Shown here piece by piece: positions 8,592-17,576 of a stretch of DNA of 32,675 nucleotides. Every line of letters starts with the position of its first letter. Position 1 is the stretch's first letter. The position numbers were made by a program, and so were the translations under genes. The notes beneath the pieces were generated by a model that worked only from the letters and a program-made list of their open reading frames with translations, was not told where the DNA came from and ran no database searches. The DNA is from a virus (taxonomy: Duplodnaviria > Caudoviricetes), in the IMG/VR virus record IMGVR_UViG_3300044228_004908, positions 1 through 32,675 of that record; one strand, written 5' to 3'.

Positions 8592-10190
8592 ATGGCTATC
8601 GCCAATAAGCAAAAACAAGTAAAAGAGATTATCCGCTGCGGCAAGGATCCCGTGTACTTCATGCAGAAGTATGTCAAGATCCAGCATCCGACGAGAGGAC
8701 TAATATCCTTTGAGACGTACCCGTTTCAGGAAACTTGCGTTGATGAGTTTGAAAACAATAGATTTAATGTTATACTAAAGTCTAGGCAGCTTGGGTTGTC
8801 AACCTTATCAGCGTCTTACGCGCTCTGGATGGCAATATTTCAAAGAGACAAGAATATTCTTGTTATTGCAACTAAATTAAATGTGGCAATGAACTTCATT
8901 AGAAAAGTGAAGACAATGCTTAGATCCCTACCTAAATGGCTGATACTGCCTGAGGTTGTGGCAGACAATAAGCAGACAATTGAATTTAGTCATGGCTCTG
9001 TTATAAAGGCAATTCCAACTTCTGATGACGCAGGACGCTCAGAAGCTCTTTCTCTTTTGATCGTTGATGAGGCTGCATTTGTTAAGAACTTTGATACGCT
9101 TTGGATGGGTTTGTATCCTACGCTATCAACTGGTGGTCGTGCTATTGTTCTGTCAACTCCAAATGGTGTCGGTGGCCAATACTACAAATTGTATACTGAT
9201 GCGACTCAAGGTGAGAATGAATTTAATCCTATTAATTTGCCTTGGCACGTTCATCCAGAAAGAGACGATGATTGGTTCCAGAAAGAAACTCGGAACATGT
9301 CCAAGCGCCAGATCGCTCAAGAGCTTCTGTGCGATTTCGTAGCTTCAGGCGAGACATTTCTCACAGGTGATAATTTAGACTGGATTAGAGATGCAGTAAG
9401 AGATCCTGCAGGTAGAGAGCACGAAGACAGAAATTTGTGGATCTGGGAGTACCCTAAAACTGGTCACAAGTACATTATATCTGCGGATGTTGCTCGAGGT
9501 GATTCAAGGGATTATTCCACGTGCCACGTTATTGACGTTGAAGCAGGAGAAGTTTGCGCTGAATATAGGGGTAAAATCCCACCCGATAGGTTCGGTGAAA
9601 TGCTAGATCATCTGGGAAGAAGGTATAATAACGCACTTCTCTCTCCTGAAAATAATACTTTTGGTTACACAACAGTCATGAAGTTAAAAGAGCTTAAGTA
9701 TCCAAATGTTTATTACGCGAAAAACAAGGCAGTCTATCTCGGAAATTATTCACCTGAAAGAAATGACCAAGTAGGCGGATTTAGTACACAAGGCCAGTCA
9801 AGATTGCAGATTCTTTCCAAGCTTGAAGAGAATATTAGAAATAAATCTCTTAAGATCTACTCTTCGCGTCTATATGAAGAATTAAAGTCCTTCGTGTGGA
9901 AAGGACAAAAAGCCCAAGCTTTAAAAGGGCACAACGATGATCTTGTTATAAGCTTAGCAATCGGCGCTTGGCTGTATGACGGAATGATGGGTGGGGGACA
10001 AGTGGACGCTGATTTGAGCAAAGCGATGTTAGCAGGAATATCAGTTTCTAGTAGAAGTAAAGACGATATTGTTCACAGCCCTACCCACAGAATGCCTCAA
10101 AATCCTTTCGCGCCTATTAAGCAAGAACAGTGGGAGAAAGGCAACAAGTCCTTCGATAAGAAAAAAGGTTACGGCTGGTTATTAGACTGA
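8592..10190 (+). CDS. terL: Terminase large subunit (T4 gp17-like)
   Basis: 'DPVYF', Walker A 'KSRQLGLST', Walker B 'LLIVDEAAF', coupling motif 'STPNG', nuclease 'SADVARG...DYS', 'ENN', 'HNDDLV'. Confidence 0.96.
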   Translation: MAIANKQKQVKEIIRCGKDPVYFMQKYVKIQHPTRGLISFETYPFQETCVDEFENNRFNVILKSRQLGLSTLSASYALWMAIFQRDKNILVIATKLNVAMNFIRKVKTMLRSLPKWLILPEVVADNKQTIEFSHGSVIKAIPTSDDAGRSEALSLLIVDEAAFVKNFDTLWMGLYPTLSTGGRAIVLSTPNGVGGQYYKLYTDATQGENEFNPINLPWHVHPERDDDWFQKETRNMSKRQIAQELLCDFVASGETFLTGDNLDWIRDAVRDPAGREHEDRNLWIWEYPKTGHKYIISADVARGDSRDYSTCHVIDVEAGEVCAEYRGKIPPDRFGEMLDHLGRRYNNALLSPENNTFGYTTVMKLKELKYPNVYYAKNKAVYLGNYSPERNDQVGGFSTQGQSRLQILSKLEENIRNKSLKIYSSRLYEELKSFVWKGQKAQALKGHNDDLVISLAIGAWLYDGMMGGGQVDADLSKAMLAGISVSSRSKDDIVHSPTHRMPQNPFAPIKQEQWEKGNKSFDKKKGYGWLLD

Positions 10191-10284
10191 ATTATTTACT
10201 GCTGCTGATAAATACTGTATGTTGTGAATAGTTATTGACAGCGCTAATTCAAAAAGTGCTCTCTACCCAAATGTAGGAGCTTCG

Positions 10285-12189
10285 ATGGCAGACGAACCAA
10301 GTTTCTTTAATAGATTAACCCGACTTTTCCGATCAGGTCCGATCGTCAAAAGAAAGATCAAGGCTTATCGAGAGCCCACCACTGGAACTGCAATTCAGCA
10401 ATTCCAGAGATCACAAAGCCATGTATATGCTAACGCAATCAGCGCGTACGGCATGTACGATCGCATGAGTCGCTACGCAGACTTTCAAGAGATGGAAGCA
10501 ACCCCAGAGATAGCATCAGCGCTTGATATCTACTCTGATGAGACTGTTGCCCAAGATGAAAACGGAAAAAGTTTGCACATCTATTCTGAAAATGAAAAGA
10601 TTAGAAAGATTCTTGAAGAGCTTTTTTACGACAATCTAAACATTGACTTTAATTTAAATCCTTGGGTTAGAAATCTTTGTAAGTACGGCGATTTCTTCTT
10701 GTTTTTGGATATTAGCCCTGAGTATGGCGTCCTTAGCGGCTTTCCTGTTCCTGTAAATGAAATAGAAAGAGAAGAAGGATTTGATCCTGAAGATCCAATG
10801 GCGACGCGTTTTAGATGGGTAACTCAAGGAAATAAAATACTTGAAAATTGGCAAATCGGTCACTTTAGGTTGCTAGGTAACGATGCCTTTCTCCCGTACG
10901 GTTCTTCAGTGATTGAACCTGCAAGAAGAATTTGGCGCCAACTTATTATGATCGAAGACGCGATGCTTGTTTACCGAGTAATCAGATCACCTGAACGAAG
11001 AGTTTTTAAGATTGACGTTGGTAATGTTCCTCCTGAAGAAGTGGAAAACTACATGCAACAAGCTAAGTCTGCACTTCGGTCGAGTCAAGTGGTAGATAAA
11101 CGAACTGGTCGAGTTGACATGAGGTATAACCCGCTTTCAGTTGACGAAGATTACTTCTTGCCTGTAAGAGGTCAACAAGACGGCACATCAATCAACACTT
11201 TGCCTGGAGGCCAAAATACAACTGCTATTGAAGATGTTGAGTACATACAAAAGAAATTGTTTTCTGCGCTTAAAGTACCGAAAGCTTATCTTGGATATGA
11301 CGAATCTTTAAGCTCTAAGGCAACACTTGCACAAGAAGATATTAGGTTTTCTAGAACAATTACCAAGATTCAAAAAGTTGTAATATCTGAGCTTAACAAA
11401 ATCGCTGCCATTCATTTATTTGCAAACGGATTCGCTGATGAAGATTTAATTGATTTTGAAATTAGGCTTTCAAATCCTTCGACAATAGCACAGCAGCAAA
11501 AGCTTGAGTTATTTAGATCTAAATTTGAAATCGCTGCTCAGGCACCCGAAGGTGTTCTTTCAAGAGATTATGTGAGAAAACAAATTATCGGTTTGACTTC
11601 TGAACAGATTGAAAAAATCGAAATTGAAAAGGACGAAGACAAACTTAGAGATCTTGAAATTGAGTCAATAACTTTACAGGCCCCTGAAGGCGCTCCTGCC
11701 CCTGAAGGAGAAGCTGAAGAAGTTGGCGCAGAAGAAGAAGAGGCAGAAGGCGAAGGCGGACTTGAAGTCAGCGGTGACTCTCCTGATGATGAAAACTTAA
11801 TTCTCGGTGTCCCAACAATGCAAACTCCCGAGCAGAAAGATAAAAATCAAAGCACTAAAACTGGTACACCAGTAAAAGCAAGCTCAAAAGTTAAAGTTAC
11901 CAAACCCAGAAGATCTCGTGGTGGAGACGGAAGAATCGATCCTGTAAGGCCTCCAGGCTCTACGTCTTATACTACACCGCGGCAAGAGAGATACGTCAAC
12001 AACAAGACATTCGATCGTGAGATAGTAAAAGGCTCTGATCTTAGGCTTGAAGAGCAAGAAAAATATCAAAATAATCTAACTGCTACTTTAAAGAAAACTT
12101 TAAAAAACCTTGAAAATGAAATAGGTAATAGTAGAACAAAGTCGACCCTGATCACTGAAGGAGAGGATTTTACAGATGGCGAAGCATAA
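10285..12189 (+). CDS. Portal protein (T4 gp20-like) with a low-complexity C-terminal extension
   Basis: 'PEIASALDIY', 'EDAMLVYRVIRSPERRVFKIDVGNVP', 'EDYFLPVR', 'I.TLPGG', 'DVEYIQKKLFSALKVP', 'EDIRFSR' are gp20-family motifs. Follows TerL. Confidence 0.95.
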   Translation: MADEPSFFNRLTRLFRSGPIVKRKIKAYREPTTGTAIQQFQRSQSHVYANAISAYGMYDRMSRYADFQEMEATPEIASALDIYSDETVAQDENGKSLHIYSENEKIRKILEELFYDNLNIDFNLNPWVRNLCKYGDFFLFLDISPEYGVLSGFPVPVNEIEREEGFDPEDPMATRFRWVTQGNKILENWQIGHFRLLGNDAFLPYGSSVIEPARRIWRQLIMIEDAMLVYRVIRSPERRVFKIDVGNVPPEEVENYMQQAKSALRSSQVVDKRTGRVDMRYNPLSVDEDYFLPVRGQQDGTSINTLPGGQNTTAIEDVEYIQKKLFSALKVPKAYLGYDESLSSKATLAQEDIRFSRTITKIQKVVISELNKIAAIHLFANGFADEDLIDFEIRLSNPSTIAQQQKLELFRSKFEIAAQAPEGVLSRDYVRKQIIGLTSEQIEKIEIEKDEDKLRDLEIESITLQAPEGAPAPEGEAEEVGAEEEEAEGEGGLEVSGDSPDDENLILGVPTMQTPEQKDKNQSTKTGTPVKASSKVKVTKPRRSRGGDGRIDPVRPPGSTSYTTPRQERYVNNKTFDREIVKGSDLRLEEQEKYQNNLTATLKKTLKNLENEIGNSRTKSTLITEGEDFTDGEA

Positions 12190-13009
12190 CAAAAAGAGAA
12201 ATTCTGGCTTACTCTATGAGTTTCTTGTCAGAAGCATCTCAAGGGCTATGGTTGAAAACAATCGCGACCGGGAAACAATCGCCCGGCACCTCGTCCACAA
12301 ATATTTTAAGCAAGGAACTGAGCTTCATAGAGAGTTCCGGCTGATTAATGCACTTGTTAACGTACCTGTCGGAAACGAGAACCTCGCACACACTGTGATT
12401 CACGAGGCCAGAGCAGCAGCTAATAAATTTGATGGTGAAGTCCTTAATAAAGAAAAGTCAACTTTAATAAGAGAGATCAATCACAAGCTAGGCCCGGACA
12501 CAGTTTACACCGAGTCAGTTCCAAATTACAGAGATTATGCCACAGCCGGAATGATCCTGGGTTACTGGCGTAACGAGCTTGATCTTGATATCTCTACAGT
12601 GATAAATTACGAAGCTCAAATTGTTGAGAATCTGTCAAGATCTGCAGAAGACTCTGATCTTGAAAGCGAATATGATGAGCAAGTCGACCCACTTGTTGTT
12701 AAGGTTATGGCAGAGAAACTTAATAGAAAATACAGTGCAAAGATGTCTTCCGACCAGATGGCGCTAATTAAGTCCTATATTTTTTCTGAAAATCACTCGC
12801 AAACAAAGGTGATCGCTGAGTCAATTAAGGAAAAAGCTCTTAATTCTCTTTCTTCTTACTTGCAAAACAAAGAAGAACACGAGGCCGAAAAAATCCAAGA
12901 AGTAATTGATCTAATATCTGGGCAAACACCAGAAGATTTAAACGATGAAACTTTGACAAGATTCTTACAAATGACACAAATAGTACAAGAGATCGAGGGA
13001 AATCAATGA
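12176..13009 (+). CDS. Hypothetical head-module protein
   Basis: 277 aa, helical-looking, N-terminus 'KHNKKRNSGLLYEFL'. Overlaps both the portal and protease genes. Confidence 0.75.
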   Translation: MAKHNKKRNSGLLYEFLVRSISRAMVENNRDRETIARHLVHKYFKQGTELHREFRLINALVNVPVGNENLAHTVIHEARAAANKFDGEVLNKEKSTLIREINHKLGPDTVYTESVPNYRDYATAGMILGYWRNELDLDISTVINYEAQIVENLSRSAEDSDLESEYDEQVDPLVVKVMAEKLNRKYSAKMSSDQMALIKSYIFSENHSQTKVIAESIKEKALNSLSSYLQNKEEHEAEKIQEVIDLISGQTPEDLNDETLTRFLQMTQIVQEIEGNQ

Positions 13010-13620
13010 AGCTTTTAACTGAATACGTAAATTTTGAATATTCCAGAGAGCAGCTTGCTGAGTCTCGTGAGAGAAACAACGGAAGACTTGTTATGTCAGG
13101 CATCTTGCAGAAAGCAGGAACGCTTAATCAAAACGGCAGAGTTTATCCAGCAGACGTACTGGAAAGAGAAGTTCGAAATTATCAAAAGTTTATTACTGAG
13201 GGAAGAGCTCTCGGCGAACTCGACCACCCAGACTCATCTGTTGTTGAGCTTAAGAACGTCTCACACGTAGTTAGATCTGCTCACATGGATGACGGAATTG
13301 TTTACGGAACAATTGAAGTTCTTGAGACACCCAATGGAAAAATTTTGGAAAGTCTCGTTGAAAGCGGAATTAAAATTGGGATTTCTTCTCGAGGAGTTGG
13401 CTCAACAGAAAAGACAGGCAGTCACGTAACCGTTCAACCAGATTTCCAGCTGATTTGCTGGGATATCGTTTCTGAGCCCTCAACACCCGGCGCTTTCGTA
13501 ATGAAAGAAGCAAGAGACTTGACATCCCAAGAAATACAACAATTAAATCAGTATCTAGGAAAAGATGTCAGGGTTGACAGAGTTCTTAATGATATTCTTC
13601 AATGGAAGAATGAGGAGTAA
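13006..13620 (+). CDS. Prohead core protease (T4 gp21-like)
   Basis: 'NQNGRVYP', 'ALGELDHP', 'NVSH', 'TPNGKIL', 'GISSRGVGS', 'WDIVSEPSTPGA'. Confidence 0.95.
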   Translation: MKLLTEYVNFEYSREQLAESRERNNGRLVMSGILQKAGTLNQNGRVYPADVLEREVRNYQKFITEGRALGELDHPDSSVVELKNVSHVVRSAHMDDGIVYGTIEVLETPNGKILESLVESGIKIGISSRGVGSTEKTGSHVTVQPDFQLICWDIVSEPSTPGAFVMKEARDLTSQEIQQLNQYLGKDVRVDRVLNDILQWKNEE

Positions 13621-13623
13621 AAA

Positions 13624-14064
13624 ATGCCATTAAACAATCCTTTTATGGGCGCAGGTGATGTTCCTTCATACCAAATGTCAGCTATCCCTTTTGTGACTTC
13701 ATCAAAAGTTGCAGAAGTAGGAACTACGCCAATACACATTCAACTTCCAAACGTTTCGAGGTTTATCGTTATTCACAATCCAACTGAGCATGTTTTAAGA
13801 ATTGGCTTTACAGAAAATGGAGTGAAGGCGACAGGAGGCTCAGTTTCAGGTTCATCACATGAACAAAACGGTGATCATGCAAATTACTTGATACTTTCCG
13901 GCAATCAGTCTACCGGCCGACTTGAATTAAGAGTGAAAGACTTATTCTTCATGAGAGACGGTGGATCAAACTCAGGTTTTAGTCTTCTTGCGGGCATAAC
14001 TCCCATTAAGAGAACGATGTTTCCAGCTCTTACAGGATCTGAAGGTTACATAGGAATAGGATAA
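13624..14064 (+). CDS. Hypothetical protein, beta-rich, probably a virion component
   Basis: 146 aa with GAGGAG SD, alternating hydrophobic strands and three [ST][GS]S motifs; lies in the head module. Confidence 0.7.
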   Translation: MPLNNPFMGAGDVPSYQMSAIPFVTSSKVAEVGTTPIHIQLPNVSRFIVIHNPTEHVLRIGFTENGVKATGGSVSGSSHEQNGDHANYLILSGNQSTGRLELRVKDLFFMRDGGSNSGFSLLAGITPIKRTMFPALTGSEGYIGIG

Positions 14065-14065
14065 A

Positions 14066-14485
14066 ATGGCAAAGTTGACTAAAAAAGCACTTAAAGGCTT
14101 GGTGAAAGAATGCTTAATTGAAATTCTATCTGAGGGTATTAGCTCTGAAACACTTACTGAGTCAAGAAAGCCTGCTAAAAGAAATGCTTCCCCTGAGAGA
14201 GAGTTCTTGTCAAGGAAAAAAGCGTCAGACAACATTAAGTTTGACCAGAATGCAAAAGCTGTCTCCAAGACTTTAACCGAAGATCCTGTGATGCAGTCAA
14301 TATTTGCTGACACCGCTAAAACAACACTTCAGGAACAAGTAGCTGCTGCTAAAAGACCTGCAGTACCAGCAGGCGCCGACCGCGCTGCTCAAATTGTTAG
14401 TCAGGCAAATCCCGAAGATTTGTTTGAAGGAAATTCAAACTGGGCAACTTTAGCTTTTGCTGACTCATCACCAACTCCAAAATAG
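14066..14485 (+). CDS. Hypothetical protein, possible prohead core/internal protein
   Basis: N-terminal amphipathic 'KLTKKALKGLVKECLIEILSEG' followed by LxE sites (LSE, LTE). Confidence 0.7.
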   Translation: MAKLTKKALKGLVKECLIEILSEGISSETLTESRKPAKRNASPEREFLSRKKASDNIKFDQNAKAVSKTLTEDPVMQSIFADTAKTTLQEQVAAAKRPAVPAGADRAAQIVSQANPEDLFEGNSNWATLAFADSSPTPK

Positions 14486-14542
14486 ATTAATTGTTTCAAT
14501 TGTTGATATGTATTTGTAGACAACTGCACAAGGAGAGCAGAC

Positions 14543-15025
14543 ATGGCTGAAGTACCTATGGGTAATATTGTTCAAGTTGAACCACCTGAAAATCCTGGTT
14601 TGCCAGGAAATAGAAATGTTGAATCCCTTCAAAAAGCTTTTAAGAACTCACCTACAATTGAGGGCCAGCCGTACGCAGGCAAAGATGATGCTGTTAAAAC
14701 ACAGTTTGAAAATCTAGTCCTAAACGGAGAAGTTCAAAACGGCTTTGGTCTCTCCTCTTATAACAGAGACTTTATCAACGCGCCAGACGTCGCTGCAGTC
14801 GAAGAGGACAATGACGGTAACAAAATTGTTTCACCTTACGCACCAAACGTTGCATCGCCAAACGAAGACGGAATTCAAGAAGACGAAGTAAAGCCGTTTA
14901 AAGGCGCTGGCGGAGCTTTCACAGGGGACCAGCTAGCTAATCCATCAAAAACATCAGGTCAAATTAGTCGTTTAACTTTAGGCTCGTTCGGTCTTGGGAC
15001 TAGCAAGCCTCAAGGTAGTGAGTAA
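14543..15025 (+). CDS. Hypothetical Pro/Gly/Asn-rich protein
   Basis: 160 aa, strong AAGGAG SD at 14530-14535, variant motif GTATTTGTA upstream. Confidence 0.75.
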   Translation: MAEVPMGNIVQVEPPENPGLPGNRNVESLQKAFKNSPTIEGQPYAGKDDAVKTQFENLVLNGEVQNGFGLSSYNRDFINAPDVAAVEEDNDGNKIVSPYAPNVASPNEDGIQEDEVKPFKGAGGAFTGDQLANPSKTSGQISRLTLGSFGLGTSKPQGSE

Positions 15026-15029
15026 TTAA

Positions 15030-15593
15030 ATGAGTGGCTTAGTTGAATACCATTTTAGCGGTATTCGACCTGACTCCAGAGCCGGCTCAGGCTATGGCAA
15101 CACAGCAAAGTCAACGTCAGGTGTAGGCAGGAACTACACGAAGAATTCTTATTTCCCATACAATGATCCCGTAGAAGACGTAGAAGATCAAGATGCTATT
15201 GGAAATACAAAAACGTTAACAAAATTTAACACCAAGCTAAATAGAAATTATGTTAGTAACAACCCTGCAGGACCTTTTTATACTGACAGGGGCGCTTTTG
15301 TCAATGGCGCTTCAAGAATTGACTTGATTGGTGAGATCAAATTTTCTGTACAGAACACAGACTTGCTTTTAGAGATGCACAGCTCTCTTGGTGGTATTTC
15401 CCAGCTTTATGCAATGGGAAATGGAGCAGGAATTTACAAAACCCGAACTGGGAAAACTATCGGAGTCAATTTTGGTTCTCCGAGGCACGCCCAGGCAGTC
15501 AAGACAAAAAAAAGAATTTATAGGCTAAAGGATTTGCTTCTTCCTGCTGAAGAGCAAGAAGACAAGGAAGAAAATGAAGAGAAACAAGTATAA
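15030..15593 (+). CDS. Hypothetical protein
   Basis: 187 aa, Gly/Ser/Asn-rich with an acidic tail; tightly packed between neighbouring genes. Confidence 0.7.
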   Translation: MSGLVEYHFSGIRPDSRAGSGYGNTAKSTSGVGRNYTKNSYFPYNDPVEDVEDQDAIGNTKTLTKFNTKLNRNYVSNNPAGPFYTDRGAFVNGASRIDLIGEIKFSVQNTDLLLEMHSSLGGISQLYAMGNGAGIYKTRTGKTIGVNFGSPRHAQAVKTKKRIYRLKDLLLPAEEQEDKEENEEKQV

Positions 15594-15837
15594 GAATCGT
15601 TTTAAGCGCCGTGAGCCTCTCGGGCCACAATCAGGCACTTGTCTTGAAGTAAAGGCGCGCGACGGTGAGACAGCTGAAGCCTTAGCCATGAGATTTAAGA
15701 GGCAAGTAAAGAGAACCGGGCTTCATGATGAGATAAGAAATGCTTATATGGAAAGATTTAAATCTAAGTCCGAAAAGAAAAGAGAGAAGCATCTTAGAGC
15801 CTTAAAAAGGCTTAAGAGAAACCAGAATAGGTATTAA
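15574..15837 (+). CDS. rpsU: Phage-encoded 30S ribosomal protein bS21 homolog
   Basis: 'LEVKARDGETAEALAMRFKRQVKRTGLHDEIR...FKSKSEKKREK...A.KR' follows the bS21 pattern V.V...E..E.ALRRFKR.....G...E.R....YEKPS.KR..K. Small and very basic; sits just upstream of scaffold and capsid genes. Confidence 0.85.
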   Translation: MKRNKYKNRFKRREPLGPQSGTCLEVKARDGETAEALAMRFKRQVKRTGLHDEIRNAYMERFKSKSEKKREKHLRALKRLKRNQNRY

Positions 15838-15862
15838 TTTTTGATTTTTTTTATTTCCGTAA

Positions 15863-15870
15863 ATATTTAA
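15863..15870 (+). promoter_or_regulatory. Putative late promoter motif ATATTTAA
   Basis: Intergenic, about 22 nt before the likely scaffold ATG at 15892. Confidence 0.55.
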
Positions 15871-15891
15871 CAGTGTAGATGGGTGATTATT

Positions 15892-17517
15892 ATGTCTAAC
15901 AGCCTTTTTAAAGATGCGCTTGCAGATGCCAAGAAACTTCGCGAAATTGCGGAGCAAAATGCCAAGAATTCAATCATAGAGTCGATTGCCCCAAAAATTC
16001 GAGAAATGATCGAAAAACAGATCCTCGGCGACTTTTCTGATTTGAATGACGAAGCAGATATTTTTGAATCTGACAAGCAAGACCAAGAACTCGATCTCAC
16101 AGCAGAGGCAGCTCATGAGTTGCAAAAAATGCTAGGTGGGGTCACAGATGAGCAAGTAGAACTTTCTACGCGGCGACTCAAGGAAATTGTAGCAGAGATC
16201 ACTGTGCAAGTTTCCCAGGGCGTTAACGAAGAAGTACTTGATGCTTTTCAAACTAAGTTTACTGAACTCAATGAGCAAAAATTAGTCTTATCTGAAGATG
16301 CTCAAGGCGAATTCGCTGAAGAATATGGAGTTCTTTGGAGCAAGCTTGAGTCAGCTCAGACGCAGATTGAGGTCGCTCACAAGGCTTCTGTCCGTGTGGA
16401 GGCTTTGCAAGAAGTATTCTCAGAGATCACAGATAAGAACCCAGCTGATTTAAATGAATCAGATCTTAATAACTACATAACACTCGTCGGTATTGCTGAC
16501 ACAGCAATCCGTACATTAACAGAAAACCTAAATACGCGAGTAGAATACAACAACGAACATGAAGGTATTCTTTCGCAAACCTTTACTAATCTTTTAGAGA
16601 CCGTAGAAAATAACAAAAAGGAGCTTGGAACAATGAAGAGAACTCTACGTGACCTTCTTTCAGAAGAAAGAATCACCATCGAACTTGACTTGGGGGATGA
16701 CGTAGAAGTTGATGCCTCCGAAGTTGTCGCAACTGTCGCTGACGCTGAAGATGACGCTGATGCCGACGCAGAACCTGAAGGTGCTGAGGAAGAGATGGCT
16801 GCTGATGCCGACCTTGAACTTGCAGATGTCGAAGACGAAGAAGAGGCTGAAGCAATGGTTGCTGAAGAAGATATCGTCCTTGAAGTTGACGGTGATGATC
16901 TTGAAGCTGCTTTGGCCGAAATGGTCTCTGAGATGTCAGAAGCTACAGATGAAGATGCTGAAGATTTGAATGAGTCTGAAGAAGTTGAACTTACTGACGA
17001 CACAGTCATCGAGATATCTGAGTCTATGCTCCGTGATGAACTTGCAAAAATTCGCTCCCTTAACGAAGCTGAAGAAGCTGAAGAAGTTGAGGAAGAAACA
17101 ATTAATGAAAATGATGAAGCCCAAGAAGTGGTCGCCGAAGAGCAAAATGACCAACTTAACGAAAAACTCGAAGCATATGAAGAGGCAATTGATGAGCTTA
17201 AGGGCCAGCTCGGAGAGATGAACCTCTTTAACGCAAAACTACTCTACACTAATAAGCTGCTTATGAATAGTGATCTGACGCAGGCACAACGCGCACGTGC
17301 CATCGAATCACTCGATGAAGCGAGAAGCTTGAGAGAAGTGAAGCTGCTTTTTAAGACTCTTACTGAGTCTTTTAACAAACGCGCTAAGGAAACAGTTACT
17401 GAATCCAAGAAGCGTGTCGTTGGTTCTGCAAGTCGTGCAACGCGTGCCGCAGGTGCTCCATTGAATGAGTCACCCGAAGCATCTCGATGGGCAACTCTAG
17501 CAGGAATCGGCAAGTAG
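15892..17517 (+). CDS. Prohead core scaffolding protein (T4 gp22 equivalent)
   Basis: Very acidic coiled-coil protein immediately upstream of the capsid gene, with many [LIV]xE sites and a C-terminal 'RWATLAGI' helix. ATG 15892 preferred over GTG 15883, which is also possible. Confidence 0.82.
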   Translation: MSNSLFKDALADAKKLREIAEQNAKNSIIESIAPKIREMIEKQILGDFSDLNDEADIFESDKQDQELDLTAEAAHELQKMLGGVTDEQVELSTRRLKEIVAEITVQVSQGVNEEVLDAFQTKFTELNEQKLVLSEDAQGEFAEEYGVLWSKLESAQTQIEVAHKASVRVEALQEVFSEITDKNPADLNESDLNNYITLVGIADTAIRTLTENLNTRVEYNNEHEGILSQTFTNLLETVENNKKELGTMKRTLRDLLSEERITIELDLGDDVEVDASEVVATVADAEDDADADAEPEGAEEEMAADADLELADVEDEEEAEAMVAEEDIVLEVDGDDLEAALAEMVSEMSEATDEDAEDLNESEEVELTDDTVIEISESMLRDELAKIRSLNEAEEAEEVEEETINENDEAQEVVAEEQNDQLNEKLEAYEEAIDELKGQLGEMNLFNAKLLYTNKLLMNSDLTQAQRARAIESLDEARSLREVKLLFKTLTESFNKRAKETVTESKKRVVGSASRATRAAGAPLNESPEASRWATLAGIGK

Positions 17518-17576
17518 TACTTTATTTCTTTTAATAATTTTTTAACACTAACATAAATCTTTTAAGGAGATTTAAA

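Noticed and set aside
15506-15513. A8 run as a possible frameshift joining ORF 15030 to bS21
   Set aside because: Both shifted frames stop within about 5 codons (TAG 15521, TAA 15526).
16473-17009. 178-aa Ser-rich antisense ORF
   Set aside because: Mirror of the GAA/GAT/GCT-rich acidic scaffold codons.
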